A stretch of 64,000 nt of DNA from an uncultured cyanobacterium (GTDB lineage Bacteria > Cyanobacteriota > Cyanobacteriia > CAKZMO01): NCBI GenBank assembly GCA_963719515.1, contig CAVRCJ010000010.1, positions 608,001 to 672,000 of the forward strand. Direction: 5' to 3'. The translations under genes were made by a program, and so were the position numbers. The stretch's first letter is position 1; each line of letters opens with the position of its first letter. Below the pieces are notes generated by a model. The model did not search any database and was not told the origin of the DNA. It worked only from the letters and a program-made list of their open reading frames with translations. Below, one piece after another: positions 37,954 through 47,518 of the stretch.

Positions 37954-39333
37954 CTAATCTGAGACATTGTCGGCAACGACATCCACCACGTCACCGCTGT
38001 TGACGTAGCCTGCCCCCTGAGCCACAATGCGATCGCCTTGTGATAGCCCTGACGTGATCTCGATGCGGGCAAGGGCGGGGTCGGCGCTGTCCAGCAGTTC
38101 CCCCAACTCAACGGTCACAGCCTGGGCGACTGCAGCCTCGTCCCCAGCCTCGCCGCCCTCAACGCGATACACCGTCGCCGTCCCGTCAGCGCGCGGAATC
38201 ACCGCCTGGGCCGGAACCGTCAGCCCCGTCGCGGTGGAGGTGGTGATAGCGGCCCGCAGAAACATTCCGGGACGCAGTAGATCGGACGGGGGAAGGTCTA
38301 CAAAGACTGCCGCATCTCGGGTGTCGCTATCGATCAGGGGAGCAATCTCTCTCACCGTTCCCGAGAGCTGAATGCGGGGGTCGGCGTCGGACGTGACGGT
38401 GACGGTAGCCCCAACGCTCACCTGGGGCAGCTGGGTTTCGGGAACGTCAACCTGCAGCTCTAGGAGGCGATCGCGAATGATGGAGAACAGCTGGGTTGTA
38501 CTAGACGTCACGTCTCCCACCCGCGCCATGCGTTCAGCCACTAAGCCGCTGGCGGGCGCTTTGACCTGAGTCTGCTCGAGTTGAGTTTGCAGCTGCTGAC
38601 TTTGGGCTTGTCGGCTGCGCACCTCGGCCCTAGCGCTGCTGAGGTTGGCCTGGGCAACCCGCAGATCTTCTTGGGCGGTGATGGCGGCAGTGGCGCGAGT
38701 CTCTAGGGCCTCAGTGCTAATGGCCCCCTCCGCAGCTAGGCTCTCATACCGCCCCACCTGGGCGCGCGCTTCGCTCAGCCGGGCGTCGGCCTGGGTCAAA
38801 GCGGCCTCCTGCTGTCGCACCCGCGCCTGGGTTGCTTCTAGGTCGGCCTGCGCTTCCGTCAGCTGGGCTTCTAACAGGGCGCGGTCGAGCACCGCCAACA
38901 CCTGCCCCGCTGAGACGCGATCGCCTTCATCCACCAATACCCGCTGCACCTGCAGCCCCGACGCTCGCGGCAAAATTGGCAGTAGGTCATAGGCCTCCAC
39001 CGTTCCCGTGGCCTCTAAGGTGCGGCTCACAGAGCTAAGCTCGACTTCCGCCACCGTGACGGCCTGGGCAGCCGCTGCGCTTACCGACTCCGTCGGCGCT
39101 GGTGCGGTGGGCGCGCTGCGCCGTCCAAAGGTAGCCGCCCCCATCAGCAGGCCCAGACCAATCCCAGCGGCCAACCCTACCTTGCCGGAGAACCACCCCT
39201 TTTGAGACTTCTGACTGGGTGTCCGGTGGCCCGAATCTACTAAGGCATCAGGTGGGGTGGGGTGAGAATCAGGGCGCGCCCCGTCCTGGAAGGGGCGATC
39301 GCTTTCGGAGGGGGGCAATAGATTGCGGGTCAT
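37954..39333 (-). CDS. RND periplasmic adaptor (membrane fusion protein)
   Basis: VDEGDRVSAGQVLA lipoyl-like motif, coiled hairpin, APASG, LRPGMF. Confidence 0.95.
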   Translation of the reverse strand: MTRNLLPPSESDRPFQDGARPDSHPTPPDALVDSGHRTPSQKSQKGWFSGKVGLAAGIGLGLLMGAATFGRRSAPTAPAPTESVSAAAAQAVTVAEVELSSVSRTLEATGTVEAYDLLPILPRASGLQVQRVLVDEGDRVSAGQVLAVLDRALLEAQLTEAQADLEATQARVRQQEAALTQADARLSEARAQVGRYESLAAEGAISTEALETRATAAITAQEDLRVAQANLSSARAEVRSRQAQSQQLQTQLEQTQVKAPASGLVAERMARVGDVTSSTTQLFSIIRDRLLELQVDVPETQLPQVSVGATVTVTSDADPRIQLSGTVREIAPLIDSDTRDAAVFVDLPPSDLLRPGMFLRAAITTSTATGLTVPAQAVIPRADGTATVYRVEGGEAGDEAAVAQAVTVELGELLDSADPALARIEITSGLSQGDRIVAQGAGYVNSGDVVDVVADNVSD

Positions 39334-39466
39334 GGGAGGAATTTACCTAGCCGTTTTAACGCGACTGGGCCAAAAAGTTACAGATTGTTACTTCAATTCT
39401 AAACGAACAAATTGTGTGCCTGGTAAAACAGGTGCGGAAAGGGGCATAAATTTTGGTTATTCCCCC

Positions 39467-39573
39467 AAATGGGCTATGGCAAAGTGGGCTATGGCAAAGT
39501 GGGCTACGGCATAAGTGGGCTACGGCATAAGTGGGCTACGGCCCAAGAGGGCTACGGCCCAAATGGCTACGGC
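39467..39573. repeat. 14-16-nt tandem repeat x7 (core GGGCTAYGGC)
   Basis: Units such as aaagtgggctatggc, ataagtgggctacggc and ccaagagggctacggc; no unique spacers. Confidence 0.9.
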
Positions 39574-39574
39574 T

Positions 39575-39619
39575 AAAAAGATAGGGGCACAGCCCTCTGC
39601 GCCCCTACGTTGCTTTTTA
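39575..39619. terminator. Hairpin TAGGGGCACAG/CTGCGCCCCTA flanked by A and T tracts
   Basis: Downstream of the minus-strand DUF2267 gene. Confidence 0.6.
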
Positions 39620-39682
39620 TAGCTGTGCCCCTGCGCCCTGGTTCAAAACTGCGCCAGAGTCAACCAAAGCTTAGACCCAAAG

Positions 39683-40567
39683 CTACGCCGCTTCCCAGAG
39701 CTCTCGCACTTTACCCGGTAAACAACCAGAAATTTCTTGAATCCGGTCTTGGGAGATTTCTTCCTTGGTCGCGGAAAAGACCGCCTTAATGACCCGCTCA
39801 GGATCGGCGCTGCGCTGCATGCTGGACTCGTTGGAGACCCGGAAAATGAAGTCGCTGTCATCCACTGCCAGAAGGCCCGATCCCTGCTTAAAGGGAGGAC
39901 GAATGCGGCTCAAGAAGCCCACGATAGGATTCGTATCTTTCCACAGCTCAGAAATCTCGTTTTGAAGCGCCTTATCCTCAGTCGCCTCATCTGCAGGCTT
40001 GCCCTTAAGCTCTGCCGCAACGCGGTCAGAGGCTTCTGTCGTCATCATGTCTCGCATGACGCGATACACCACCTCAGTGATGTCGCGGGCGTCAAAGATG
40101 TCCTCAAGTTCGCCCTTGAGCATAATCTTTTCAAGGAAAGGCATATCTTTAGTCGCAATCGGAGTCGCCGGCCCCGTCTCCAGAGCCTTGGGAGGATTGG
40201 CGTTCATCTTTTCTAACAGACGGCGTCCCCGGTCCGTCAGCTCCGCCTTTTCAAATTCGATTAGGTGGGGCAGCGGACCGTCTTCTGCGCCAAACGTGTT
40301 GGCGACGCGGGCCTCTACCTGGTCGGAGTCAACTAGGTCGGGAACATCTTCTTGAGTGGCGTAGGCGTTGCCTGAAAATTGGGCATCAATATAGCCCTTT
40401 TGATTCATGTAGTCGAGGTGACCCAAAAGGTCTACTTTCGACAGGAACCGTCCGGTAAAGTCAGTCTCTGATAGCTGAACGGTATGCTTGCCCTCTGCGT
40501 TCTTGTCCCCTGCGGCAATCTTCTTAAGCAGGATGTAGGCAACATCTTCTCGTAAATCGATTGGCAT
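39683..40567 (-). CDS. DUF2267-domain protein with an N-terminal extension
   Basis: DARDITEVVYRVMRD, VIKAVFSATKEE, LPGKVRELW. Confidence 0.75.
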   Translation of the reverse strand: MPIDLREDVAYILLKKIAAGDKNAEGKHTVQLSETDFTGRFLSKVDLLGHLDYMNQKGYIDAQFSGNAYATQEDVPDLVDSDQVEARVANTFGAEDGPLPHLIEFEKAELTDRGRRLLEKMNANPPKALETGPATPIATKDMPFLEKIMLKGELEDIFDARDITEVVYRVMRDMMTTEASDRVAAELKGKPADEATEDKALQNEISELWKDTNPIVGFLSRIRPPFKQGSGLLAVDDSDFIFRVSNESSMQRSADPERVIKAVFSATKEEISQDRIQEISGCLPGKVRELWEAA

Positions 40568-40883
40568 ATTCGTCTCCTAACTTCAAAATATATATACTGA
40601 TCAGCAGCGAAAATTAGACCCAAGGACGGTGTCGCTGTGTACGCCGCTTCCAAATAACTGAAACTGAGCTAATCAGCCTTAGTGTTTCTCCACATGTGCC
40701 TCTCGCACCGAGCCGAGCTTACCTTTACGCCGCTGCCACCGGTTAGCATACGGTGAATGGAGGACGGGATCATCTGCTTTGAGAGATATTCTGACTGCAA
40801 AAGTCGGGAATAGAAGGCCAGATGTCAAAATAATGCTCAAACAAACTGCTCGAACAGAACGTCCAATTAGTACTGGTCAGTGC

Positions 40884-42158
40884 TCAACGCGTGGACTGAG
40901 ACCGAAACCGCTTTAGAATACCTGCGGCGATCGCGGCACTCCCAATCCAGACCAGCCAAAGGGCGATGCTCCAGTTGACATCCCAGGGAAAAGACTGCTG
41001 AAGGGCCGGTTCCCAGGACTTCCCGGCGTGGTCCAATGCCCACCCGCCCAAGGCAGGACCCAGAACAAAGCCAATGGCCCAACATTCTGAATCCAGCGCG
41101 AAGTAAATGCCCCGCAGTGAGGCCGGGGCCATATCTGCCACGAGCGCCGAGGCCGCAGGGCCATAAAGAATTTCCGCTAGGGCAATCAGGGTAAAGGCAA
41201 TGGCCGTCAGGCTCCATAGCCCTGATGGCGCAGTGCCCACTAGCCAAATAAACCCAAAGCCACCCGCCCACAGGCCCAAGGAGCCCAGGAGGATATCGAC
41301 GTGGGACAGCGATCGCAGGAGGCGAACCACGGGGAGCTGCAGCACAATTTTGAGCAGGGCATGGCCGCCAAAAAAGTAGCTGATAGCCTGCGCAGAGAAG
41401 GGCTGTGCCGGAACGCGGGTGAGGTAGAGGGGCAGGGTGGTGCTGAGCTGAGCGACGTAGGTGGTGAAAAATAGATTGGCGGCTAGATAAGTCAGCAGGC
41501 GGCGATCGCTCAACGCCTCCCCCCAAGACGGCAGCAGCGGCAGCGGGGTCTGAGTCGGGCGGGTCTCGGCAATGGCAATGGCGACAACGGCTCCAAACAA
41601 TAGGTAGGCCAGTCCCTTGCCCACAAACAGGCTGCTGTAGCTTCCCGCCATCGCCACGTACTGCCCCGCCAGCAGCGCCCCCAGCCCCAGCCCCAGATTG
41701 TCCGCCAGGCGGGTAATCGCCATGGCGTCGGTACGCTGCTCAGAAGAGGTCAAGTCGGTGATGACGGTGAGGGTCGTCGGCCAATAGAGGCTGGTGCCCA
41801 GCCCCAGGAGGAGATTCCCCAGAACGAGCAGCGGCAGCGTTTGGGCCGCCGCCAGCACGAAGCTCCCCGCCGCCGCGATCGCCGCCGCCAGCAGGAGTGC
41901 CCCGCGACGTCCCAGCCGCGGAGAGTCCACGGCGCTACCGGCCCAAAACCGCCCTAGGGTTCCCGAAAGGCCCATGCTTCCCTGCGCTAGGCCCACCTGA
42001 GTCGGGGAGAACCCCAGCTCATTGACGAAGTAAATCGACGCATAAACTAGCGTGACGCCTTGCCCAATGAACAGCAAGAGCTGTCCCGCCGCCAGGATCC
42101 AGACCTCTCGCCGCAACGAGGGCAGCCAGCCCGGCGGCTTTGATATTAATGGTGGCAT
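40884..42158 (-). CDS. MFS transporter
   Basis: About 12 TM segments; DSPRLGRR motif A, APASLRGIY. Confidence 0.92.
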   Translation of the reverse strand: MPPLISKPPGWLPSLRREVWILAAGQLLLFIGQGVTLVYASIYFVNELGFSPTQVGLAQGSMGLSGTLGRFWAGSAVDSPRLGRRGALLLAAAIAAAGSFVLAAAQTLPLLVLGNLLLGLGTSLYWPTTLTVITDLTSSEQRTDAMAITRLADNLGLGLGALLAGQYVAMAGSYSSLFVGKGLAYLLFGAVVAIAIAETRPTQTPLPLLPSWGEALSDRRLLTYLAANLFFTTYVAQLSTTLPLYLTRVPAQPFSAQAISYFFGGHALLKIVLQLPVVRLLRSLSHVDILLGSLGLWAGGFGFIWLVGTAPSGLWSLTAIAFTLIALAEILYGPAASALVADMAPASLRGIYFALDSECWAIGFVLGPALGGWALDHAGKSWEPALQQSFPWDVNWSIALWLVWIGSAAIAAGILKRFRSQSTR

Positions 42159-42275
42159 CGCCCCGGCGCGTCTTTTGAGAACAGCATAGAGGTGAGCTGC
42201 AGGGGGATCAATTGAGTCATGACGGGGCGTTAACGCCAGTCCTACTGTAGAATCGACACTTTGCGGGTTTATGCC

Positions 42276-42869
42276 ATGGCGCTAGTTAAGCTCAAAGACA
42301 CCTACCGCGACAATCTCGAATTTGATGACGACGACGACTATTTCGATGACTATAGCCTGTACACCGAGGGCAACGATAAAGTTGGCTCTGTTAAAGAGGC
42401 TCTGTTTGAGGATACGACCCGCAGCTTGCGCTACTTAATCGTGGATACAGGCTTCTGGTTTTTTGGGAAGACCGTTTTGCTGCCTATCGGGTTAGCCCAC
42501 TTTGATAATGAGAAAAAGCGCGTCATTGTCGATGGCTTAACGAAAAAGCAGGTTGAAAGCCTGCCCGAATACGATGGCGATGTTCTTCTCGACCGGGACT
42601 ACGAAGACCGCGTGCGGGCGGGATACCGCATCCTAGGCGACAAGCGCAAGCTGCAGTTTATGGGGCAAGCGTACGACGCGAGTGAGTTTGGGGCTTATCC
42701 AGGCTGCGCGGGGCTCCACGGCGTACAGTCCACCGTCACCCCATCCCCATCGGGGCTAGATCCCTATTACGACAATGAGGCTGGGCTGTATGGGATGGAC
42801 AAGACATCCCATGAGGCTATTCGCGCATACCAAGATCGTCTCACGGCTGACGGCCTAGCGGCCCAGTAA
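42276..42869 (+). CDS. PRC-barrel domain protein
   Basis: KVGSVKE, RYLIVDTGFWFFGKTVLLPIG, LTKKQVESLPEY. Confidence 0.88.
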   Translation: MALVKLKDTYRDNLEFDDDDDYFDDYSLYTEGNDKVGSVKEALFEDTTRSLRYLIVDTGFWFFGKTVLLPIGLAHFDNEKKRVIVDGLTKKQVESLPEYDGDVLLDRDYEDRVRAGYRILGDKRKLQFMGQAYDASEFGAYPGCAGLHGVQSTVTPSPSGLDPYYDNEAGLYGMDKTSHEAIRAYQDRLTADGLAAQ

Positions 42870-42932
42870 CCCAAAACGCCGATCGAGTCAGCCTCGATCG
42901 GCGCGTATAGGGTAAAGGCTAGGCTCTCGACA

Positions 42933-42995
42933 GATCTCGGTGATATTGGATCTCGGCGATGCTGGATCTCAGAGATACTAGATCTCGGCGATCGC
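42933..42995. repeat. 16-nt degenerate tandem repeat x4 spanning the stop codon of the 42978 gene
   Basis: gatctcggtgatattg / gatctcggcgatgctg / gatctcagagatacta / gatctcggcgatcgc. Confidence 0.85.
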
Positions 42996-43862
42996 CCGCT
43001 CCACGAGGCGGCGGGTCAGGGTTTGGATGCCGGTGTGCCGGTAGTACTTGACGTTCATGTCCAGCAGGGCACCGACATAATCCACCTTATCGTCTGAGAA
43101 TTCGACCACTTCCTTAAGCCGGTCCAGGAGACCCTTTTGGGTCACGTTTTTCTTGGCAACAAAGCCCTTCATCCAGCCCTCGGTGGAGCCGACGCTTTGC
43201 TTAACAAAGTCCAGCTGCTCTGCGCTACTGCGGCCCGGGATGAGGTCTTTGACGCCTTTAAATGTGGGATTGCTCTCTAGATCAGACGGCGAGACTCCCC
43301 TAAGGGTAGACAGAGCTTTGTCGGCGAAGGTCGGGCCTAGGGGAATGAGGCCGTCGAAGCTGACCAGCGCCGCCATTCGCATCAGCGACTCGCCGCTGTA
43401 GTCCTTGAGGGAGGAGGCAAATTCACCAATGCTATCGCCGGGGATGCCGTTGATTTGGCAAAAGGCCACCAGTTCTGTCACCAGCTTGACACAGAGGTCA
43501 AGGCTCTGGGCTTTTTCGGGCTTGGGCGTAAACCGCTTCAAAAAGCCGAGGAATGTATCTTGACCCACTTTGTTGGCCAGGGCTGCCGTTCCTAAGACCC
43601 CCGAGGCTGAATCTACGGTTTCGTAAAGCCATAGGGCCCGCTGATACCCCTGGGACTTGTCGTTGAACAGCGCAACGGCCCGTTCTCCAATCTGCTTCAC
43701 AAGAGCTGGGTCTGTTTCACCCGTCACGGTGCGGATAGTGTTGTCAAAGCCAACGACATTTTCCCACTGGCCGGGCACCAAAAAATCCAGCGTCCGTAGC
43801 GCTGTTACCGTCAGCCCTCCTTTAGGCAGATCATCCACCAATTCATAGATTGGTTTGCTCAT
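42978..43862 (-). CDS. Conserved hypothetical protein
   Basis: 294-aa ORF with RBS AAGGAG; FCQINGIPGDS, YYRHTGIQT. Confidence 0.85.
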   Translation of the reverse strand: MSKPIYELVDDLPKGGLTVTALRTLDFLVPGQWENVVGFDNTIRTVTGETDPALVKQIGERAVALFNDKSQGYQRALWLYETVDSASGVLGTAALANKVGQDTFLGFLKRFTPKPEKAQSLDLCVKLVTELVAFCQINGIPGDSIGEFASSLKDYSGESLMRMAALVSFDGLIPLGPTFADKALSTLRGVSPSDLESNPTFKGVKDLIPGRSSAEQLDFVKQSVGSTEGWMKGFVAKKNVTQKGLLDRLKEVVEFSDDKVDYVGALLDMNVKYYRHTGIQTLTRRLVERAIAEI

Positions 43863-43916
43863 GGCATACTCCTTATATTGCTTAAATCAACGTCTTTCTG
43901 GTCACTAGCCAGGCTG

Positions 43917-44537
43917 CTAAGTTGCTGGCTGAAGCGTAGGGGCGGTCCGCACTCGCATCGTGGGAAGCTTCTTCGAAGACGCTGGTGAAGACTTTGAGGG
44001 CACAGTAGCCGAGCTCTGGCGAGACTCAAGCTGGGCTAATCCGTTGAGGTCGAACCTTTGCAGCCAGGAGATGCGATCGTCGCGGGTGAAGGAGGGATCG
44101 CGGGAGAGCACCTTAACCTGGTAGCGGTTGTTGACGAGCAATCCTGTCCCGGTTGTACCTTGGTCAACGGCGGGATATTGGCCAACTTTGAGGTCGCTTG
44201 ACTGATACTTATTGGCTGCTGCAGGGTTGCTGATGGTGTCGTTAATGGACAGCATGGCGACGGTTGAGCCGTCTTTGCTAACTTTGTACTCGGCGAATCC
44301 ACGCTTTTCCTGAGTGGGGGTGACGTTGTAGCCCGAAACCTTTCTTGGGAAAAACTGGTTGAAGGAAGATCCGTTTTCAGCGGACTTGTCGACGGCGACT
44401 TCAGCCCCTCGTCCGGTCGTTTCCTCTTGTACTTGGTCGTAGGGGGACGGTGAGTCGGATCCGCAGGCCGTCGCAAAGAGCACAACGCTCAGGCAAATCG
44501 GCAGCAGAACACGACGCCAGCGATCACTTATCTTCAT
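43917..44537 (-). CDS. Hypothetical lipoprotein
   Basis: Signal peptide with lipobox FATAC; QEKRGFAEYK, RYQVKVLSR. Confidence 0.8.
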   Translation of the reverse strand: MKISDRWRRVLLPICLSVVLFATACGSDSPSPYDQVQEETTGRGAEVAVDKSAENGSSFNQFFPRKVSGYNVTPTQEKRGFAEYKVSKDGSTVAMLSINDTISNPAAANKYQSSDLKVGQYPAVDQGTTGTGLLVNNRYQVKVLSRDPSFTRDDRISWLQRFDLNGLAQLESRQSSATVPSKSSPASSKKLPTMRVRTAPTLQPAT

Positions 44538-44731
44538 GGTCAAAATTCTCTCCTTAGCAGAGGGTGGGTGGCGCGCCAACGCTAACGCGTAGCATTTCCG
44601 ATCTTATTTATCTAGGTCTCCACAGAGAACGTCCTTAAGGAAGAACCGAAAGAACTGCTATAGAATTGGATGCGGCCTTTATTACTTGAGGTCGGCTTTT
44701 GAATTAAACCCTAGATTCGATGTGAGGTGTC

Positions 44732-45364
44732 ATGCCGTCTCGTTATCATAGTTACGGTGTCCAGGGTTACGGCGTCATCGGGGGCTTGGTGGCGATCGCT
44801 GTTGTGCTCACCTCGCTGCTGATACCGGTGACAGGTCAGGCCAGCGTCCTCAGCCAGCTAACCGCTCAGGAACAATCGGTGCTCGAAGAGGGGCAAGTGG
44901 CCGTATCAGGCAGCAACGGAGAGTTTACCGGGCGTGTACTAGTGGACGCGCCCGGGACGACGGTGTGGCAGGTGCTGACGGACTACGATAACTTCGCTCA
45001 GTTTTTGCCCAATATCGAAGCCAGCCGCCTCTTGGAATCAGTGGACAACCGCCGCGTGTTTGAGCAGGTAAACGTGGTGCGCATCTTCCCCTTCACGCGC
45101 CGCAGCCGCGTCGTCATCGCCTCTACCCTCAGCTACCCTCAGCACATCGACTTCAGCTTGGTAGAAGGTGACCTGAATACGCTACAGGGCAGTTGGCAGC
45201 TTGAGTCTGTGGCCTCTTCTGCCGGGAACCAAGTGCTGATCACCCATCAGGTGGCGGTCGCCCCAAAAGGCAACGGCCCGACTCGGGGGCTGTTCTTTAA
45301 TACTTACCGCAGCGTACTGGAGGATACCCTAGCCGCCCTTAAGCAGGAAAGCGAGCGCCGCTAG
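44732..45364 (+). CDS. SRPBCC (polyketide cyclase/dehydrase) family protein
   Basis: VWQVLTDYDNFAQFLPN, FSLVEGDL...QGSWQL; N-terminal signal or TM segment. Confidence 0.88.
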   Translation: MPSRYHSYGVQGYGVIGGLVAIAVVLTSLLIPVTGQASVLSQLTAQEQSVLEEGQVAVSGSNGEFTGRVLVDAPGTTVWQVLTDYDNFAQFLPNIEASRLLESVDNRRVFEQVNVVRIFPFTRRSRVVIASTLSYPQHIDFSLVEGDLNTLQGSWQLESVASSAGNQVLITHQVAVAPKGNGPTRGLFFNTYRSVLEDTLAALKQESERR

Positions 45365-45368
45365 ACGG

Positions 45369-46421
45369 CTAAGCGGAAGCTTCTAGGGCCTGAGTAAACA
45401 GGGCCACTAGCTCCTCTAAAGACACCACTTTTCTCGGCGGGTCCGGCTCCCCACAGCACAGGTCCGCCGTGCGATAGCCCTCGGTTAGGAAAGCCTCTCG
45501 AAGGGCGGTCAGCCGTTGGGCCGCGCGCCCTTCTCCCCACTGCTCCAGCATGAGGGCGATGCTCGACAGGGTGCCCAGGGGATGGGCGACAGTGTGGTCC
45601 GAATCACGACCGGCGCTGTAGACCGCTTCGTACAGGCCAAAGCGATCGGAGTTGAGGCTGGCAGAACCTAAAAGCCCAGTAGCTCCTGCGATCGCCCCGG
45701 TCAAGTTGCTCAAAATATTGCCGAACAAATTACAGGTCAACACCACATCAAAATCTTGGGGACGGACCGCAAGCTGCACGGCCAGCTGGTCCACTGGAAT
45801 AGTCTCTACGGTCACCGCCGGGAAGGCCAACGCTTCTATCTGAATTAGCCGCGTCCAGGGAAGATAGGGCAAAACGCCGCCTTTGTAGGCGACGGCGAGG
45901 CGCTGGCGGCGCGACTGAGCGAACTCGAGGGCTATCCTTGCCGTGCGGCGAATATTGACGTCATCGTAGCGGATGGTTTGCAGACCGTAGGTTCCTTTAT
46001 TGTCGACGCCTCGATCTGGGGCGTCGGCGGGTACCCCGCTCGTCAGCTCGCGCACAAACAGTAGCTCAACGCCCTGCATCTGGTCGAGTTTTATAGGTGC
46101 AGCGGGAAGTAAGCTGGGGGAAGGCTGCACCGAGCGCAGATTGACAAAAAGATCGAAATACTGACGCAGCTCCTGTAGACCCTCTCGGGCGATCGCGCCA
46201 AACAAGACACCATTGGACTGCTCACACAGCTGTAGGGTGGGGGCAGGAAGTACTGCTTGAGAATCTTGACGGGCTGATTCCTCAACAGTGCCGTAGTCGA
46301 CGTCGACGCTAAAGGCTTCGGCGGCGGCAAGCGCCTTTAGAATCATCAAGCTGGCCTGGGTCATCTCAAACTCGACGCCTTCGCCAGCAAGCGCTACAAC
46401 GCGGTAGGATCGCTCGCTCAT
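45369..46421 (-). CDS. Isopropylmalate/isocitrate dehydrogenase-family protein with a degenerate active site
   Basis: LRQYFDLFVNLR, VRELTSG, PQDFDVVLTCNLFG, GLLGSASL, GYRTADL. Confidence 0.85.
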   Translation of the reverse strand: MSERSYRVVALAGEGVEFEMTQASLMILKALAAAEAFSVDVDYGTVEESARQDSQAVLPAPTLQLCEQSNGVLFGAIAREGLQELRQYFDLFVNLRSVQPSPSLLPAAPIKLDQMQGVELLFVRELTSGVPADAPDRGVDNKGTYGLQTIRYDDVNIRRTARIALEFAQSRRQRLAVAYKGGVLPYLPWTRLIQIEALAFPAVTVETIPVDQLAVQLAVRPQDFDVVLTCNLFGNILSNLTGAIAGATGLLGSASLNSDRFGLYEAVYSAGRDSDHTVAHPLGTLSSIALMLEQWGEGRAAQRLTALREAFLTEGYRTADLCCGEPDPPRKVVSLEELVALFTQALEASA

Positions 46422-46862
46422 GAGCCGTCCCCAAAGCTTACCAGCGGGAGCAGCGTCAGCGCCTCCGGTAAGTTTTGTGCTTCAGAGCGCTGCTCTCGGG
46501 GGAGGTGCGATCGAACCGCGCTAGGATTCACGGCAAGATAAACCATTGCGATAGAAAAATATCTTTCTGAAATAGAATATACCAAAGTCGTTCCTTTAGA
46601 TAGATGATTTATAGAAGCTTGTACGTGTGAACATGCGATCTTTATCCCTGGGCTAACTTTTATTTCCCAGACGGCAGGCACGGCAGGAAGGGGGATAAGT
46701 CCCGTAGTGTTGCATCAGTCTTGCTAATGCCTAGAGCTTATAGGTGTCTTCAGGCAGAACTCGGAGCTTTTCGCAAAAAGACAATTTTGCCCCTGCGAAG
46801 ATGATGAGACTACTTAGGGGCAGTGCGAAAAAATATTACGAATTGGGTAGCTTGGCGAAAAT

Positions 46863-46876
46863 GTATCGTGCTTTAC
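46863..46876. promoter_or_regulatory. Possible NtcA box GTA-N8-TAC
   Basis: GTATCGTGCTTTAC upstream of the PG-binding gene; no canonical -10 at the usual spacing. Confidence 0.25.
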
Positions 46877-46989
46877 TGAAAATATAGAGGAGCGGTGTCC
46901 TGTATCTCGCCGGCTGTAGTACCGCGTTCAAGATTAGCGCTAGGCCGAGGGTCCACCCGTCTACCCGCCTCATTCTTTCGGAGCAAACC

Positions 46990-47349
46990 ATGACCCCTCA
47001 ATACAGACCGTTGACTACAGCCCTAGAGCCCATAGATATGGCTGTCGGAGACACAGGCAGCGCTGTATCTTATCTACAGTCTGCGCTTCAGCAATTGGCC
47101 TACTACGAGGATGACGTTGATGGCCAGTACGGGGAAAAGACCGCTGATGCCGTGGCTCAGGTTCAGCGCTACTACGGCTTTAAGGTAACCGGCAGCTATG
47201 GTGCAGACACCTGGTACGCCTTGAGCTTTTGGGCTCCTGAACAACGGGGCTGGACTGCTCCTGGGGCCGTCACTTTTCCCGACTGGATGAAGGGGGTGAG
47301 ACGAGTTTTTCAGCTAATCGCCTCAGATCGGAAGAAGGCGGCGAGCTAG
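46990..47349 (+). CDS. Peptidoglycan-binding domain protein
   Basis: GDTGSAVSYLQSAL...VDGQYGEKTADAV..VQ...VTGSYGADTW. Confidence 0.88.
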   Translation: MTPQYRPLTTALEPIDMAVGDTGSAVSYLQSALQQLAYYEDDVDGQYGEKTADAVAQVQRYYGFKVTGSYGADTWYALSFWAPEQRGWTAPGAVTFPDWMKGVRRVFQLIASDRKKAAS

Positions 47350-47518
47350 ACGCTACACGAGGCGCTGGTGCAGCGATCGATAGGACCTGTGAAAGCAGTG
47401 TTGCTCTAGGCCTCGGTGTTGTGACTCTAGACTTGACGTCCGGGGTTCTGACAGTATGGACGGCAAAGATCTTAAGGTAAACCGTAGGGCTTTGAGGCTC
47501 AAAAGAAAGCGCACCATT

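Noticed and set aside
39467..39573. Possible CRISPR array
   Set aside because: Units are 14-16 nt and contiguous, with no unique spacers; no cas genes in the window.
46418..46681. 87-aa ORF overlapping the start of the leuB-like gene
   Set aside because: No recognisable motif or clear RBS; the ATGA overlap alone is insufficient.
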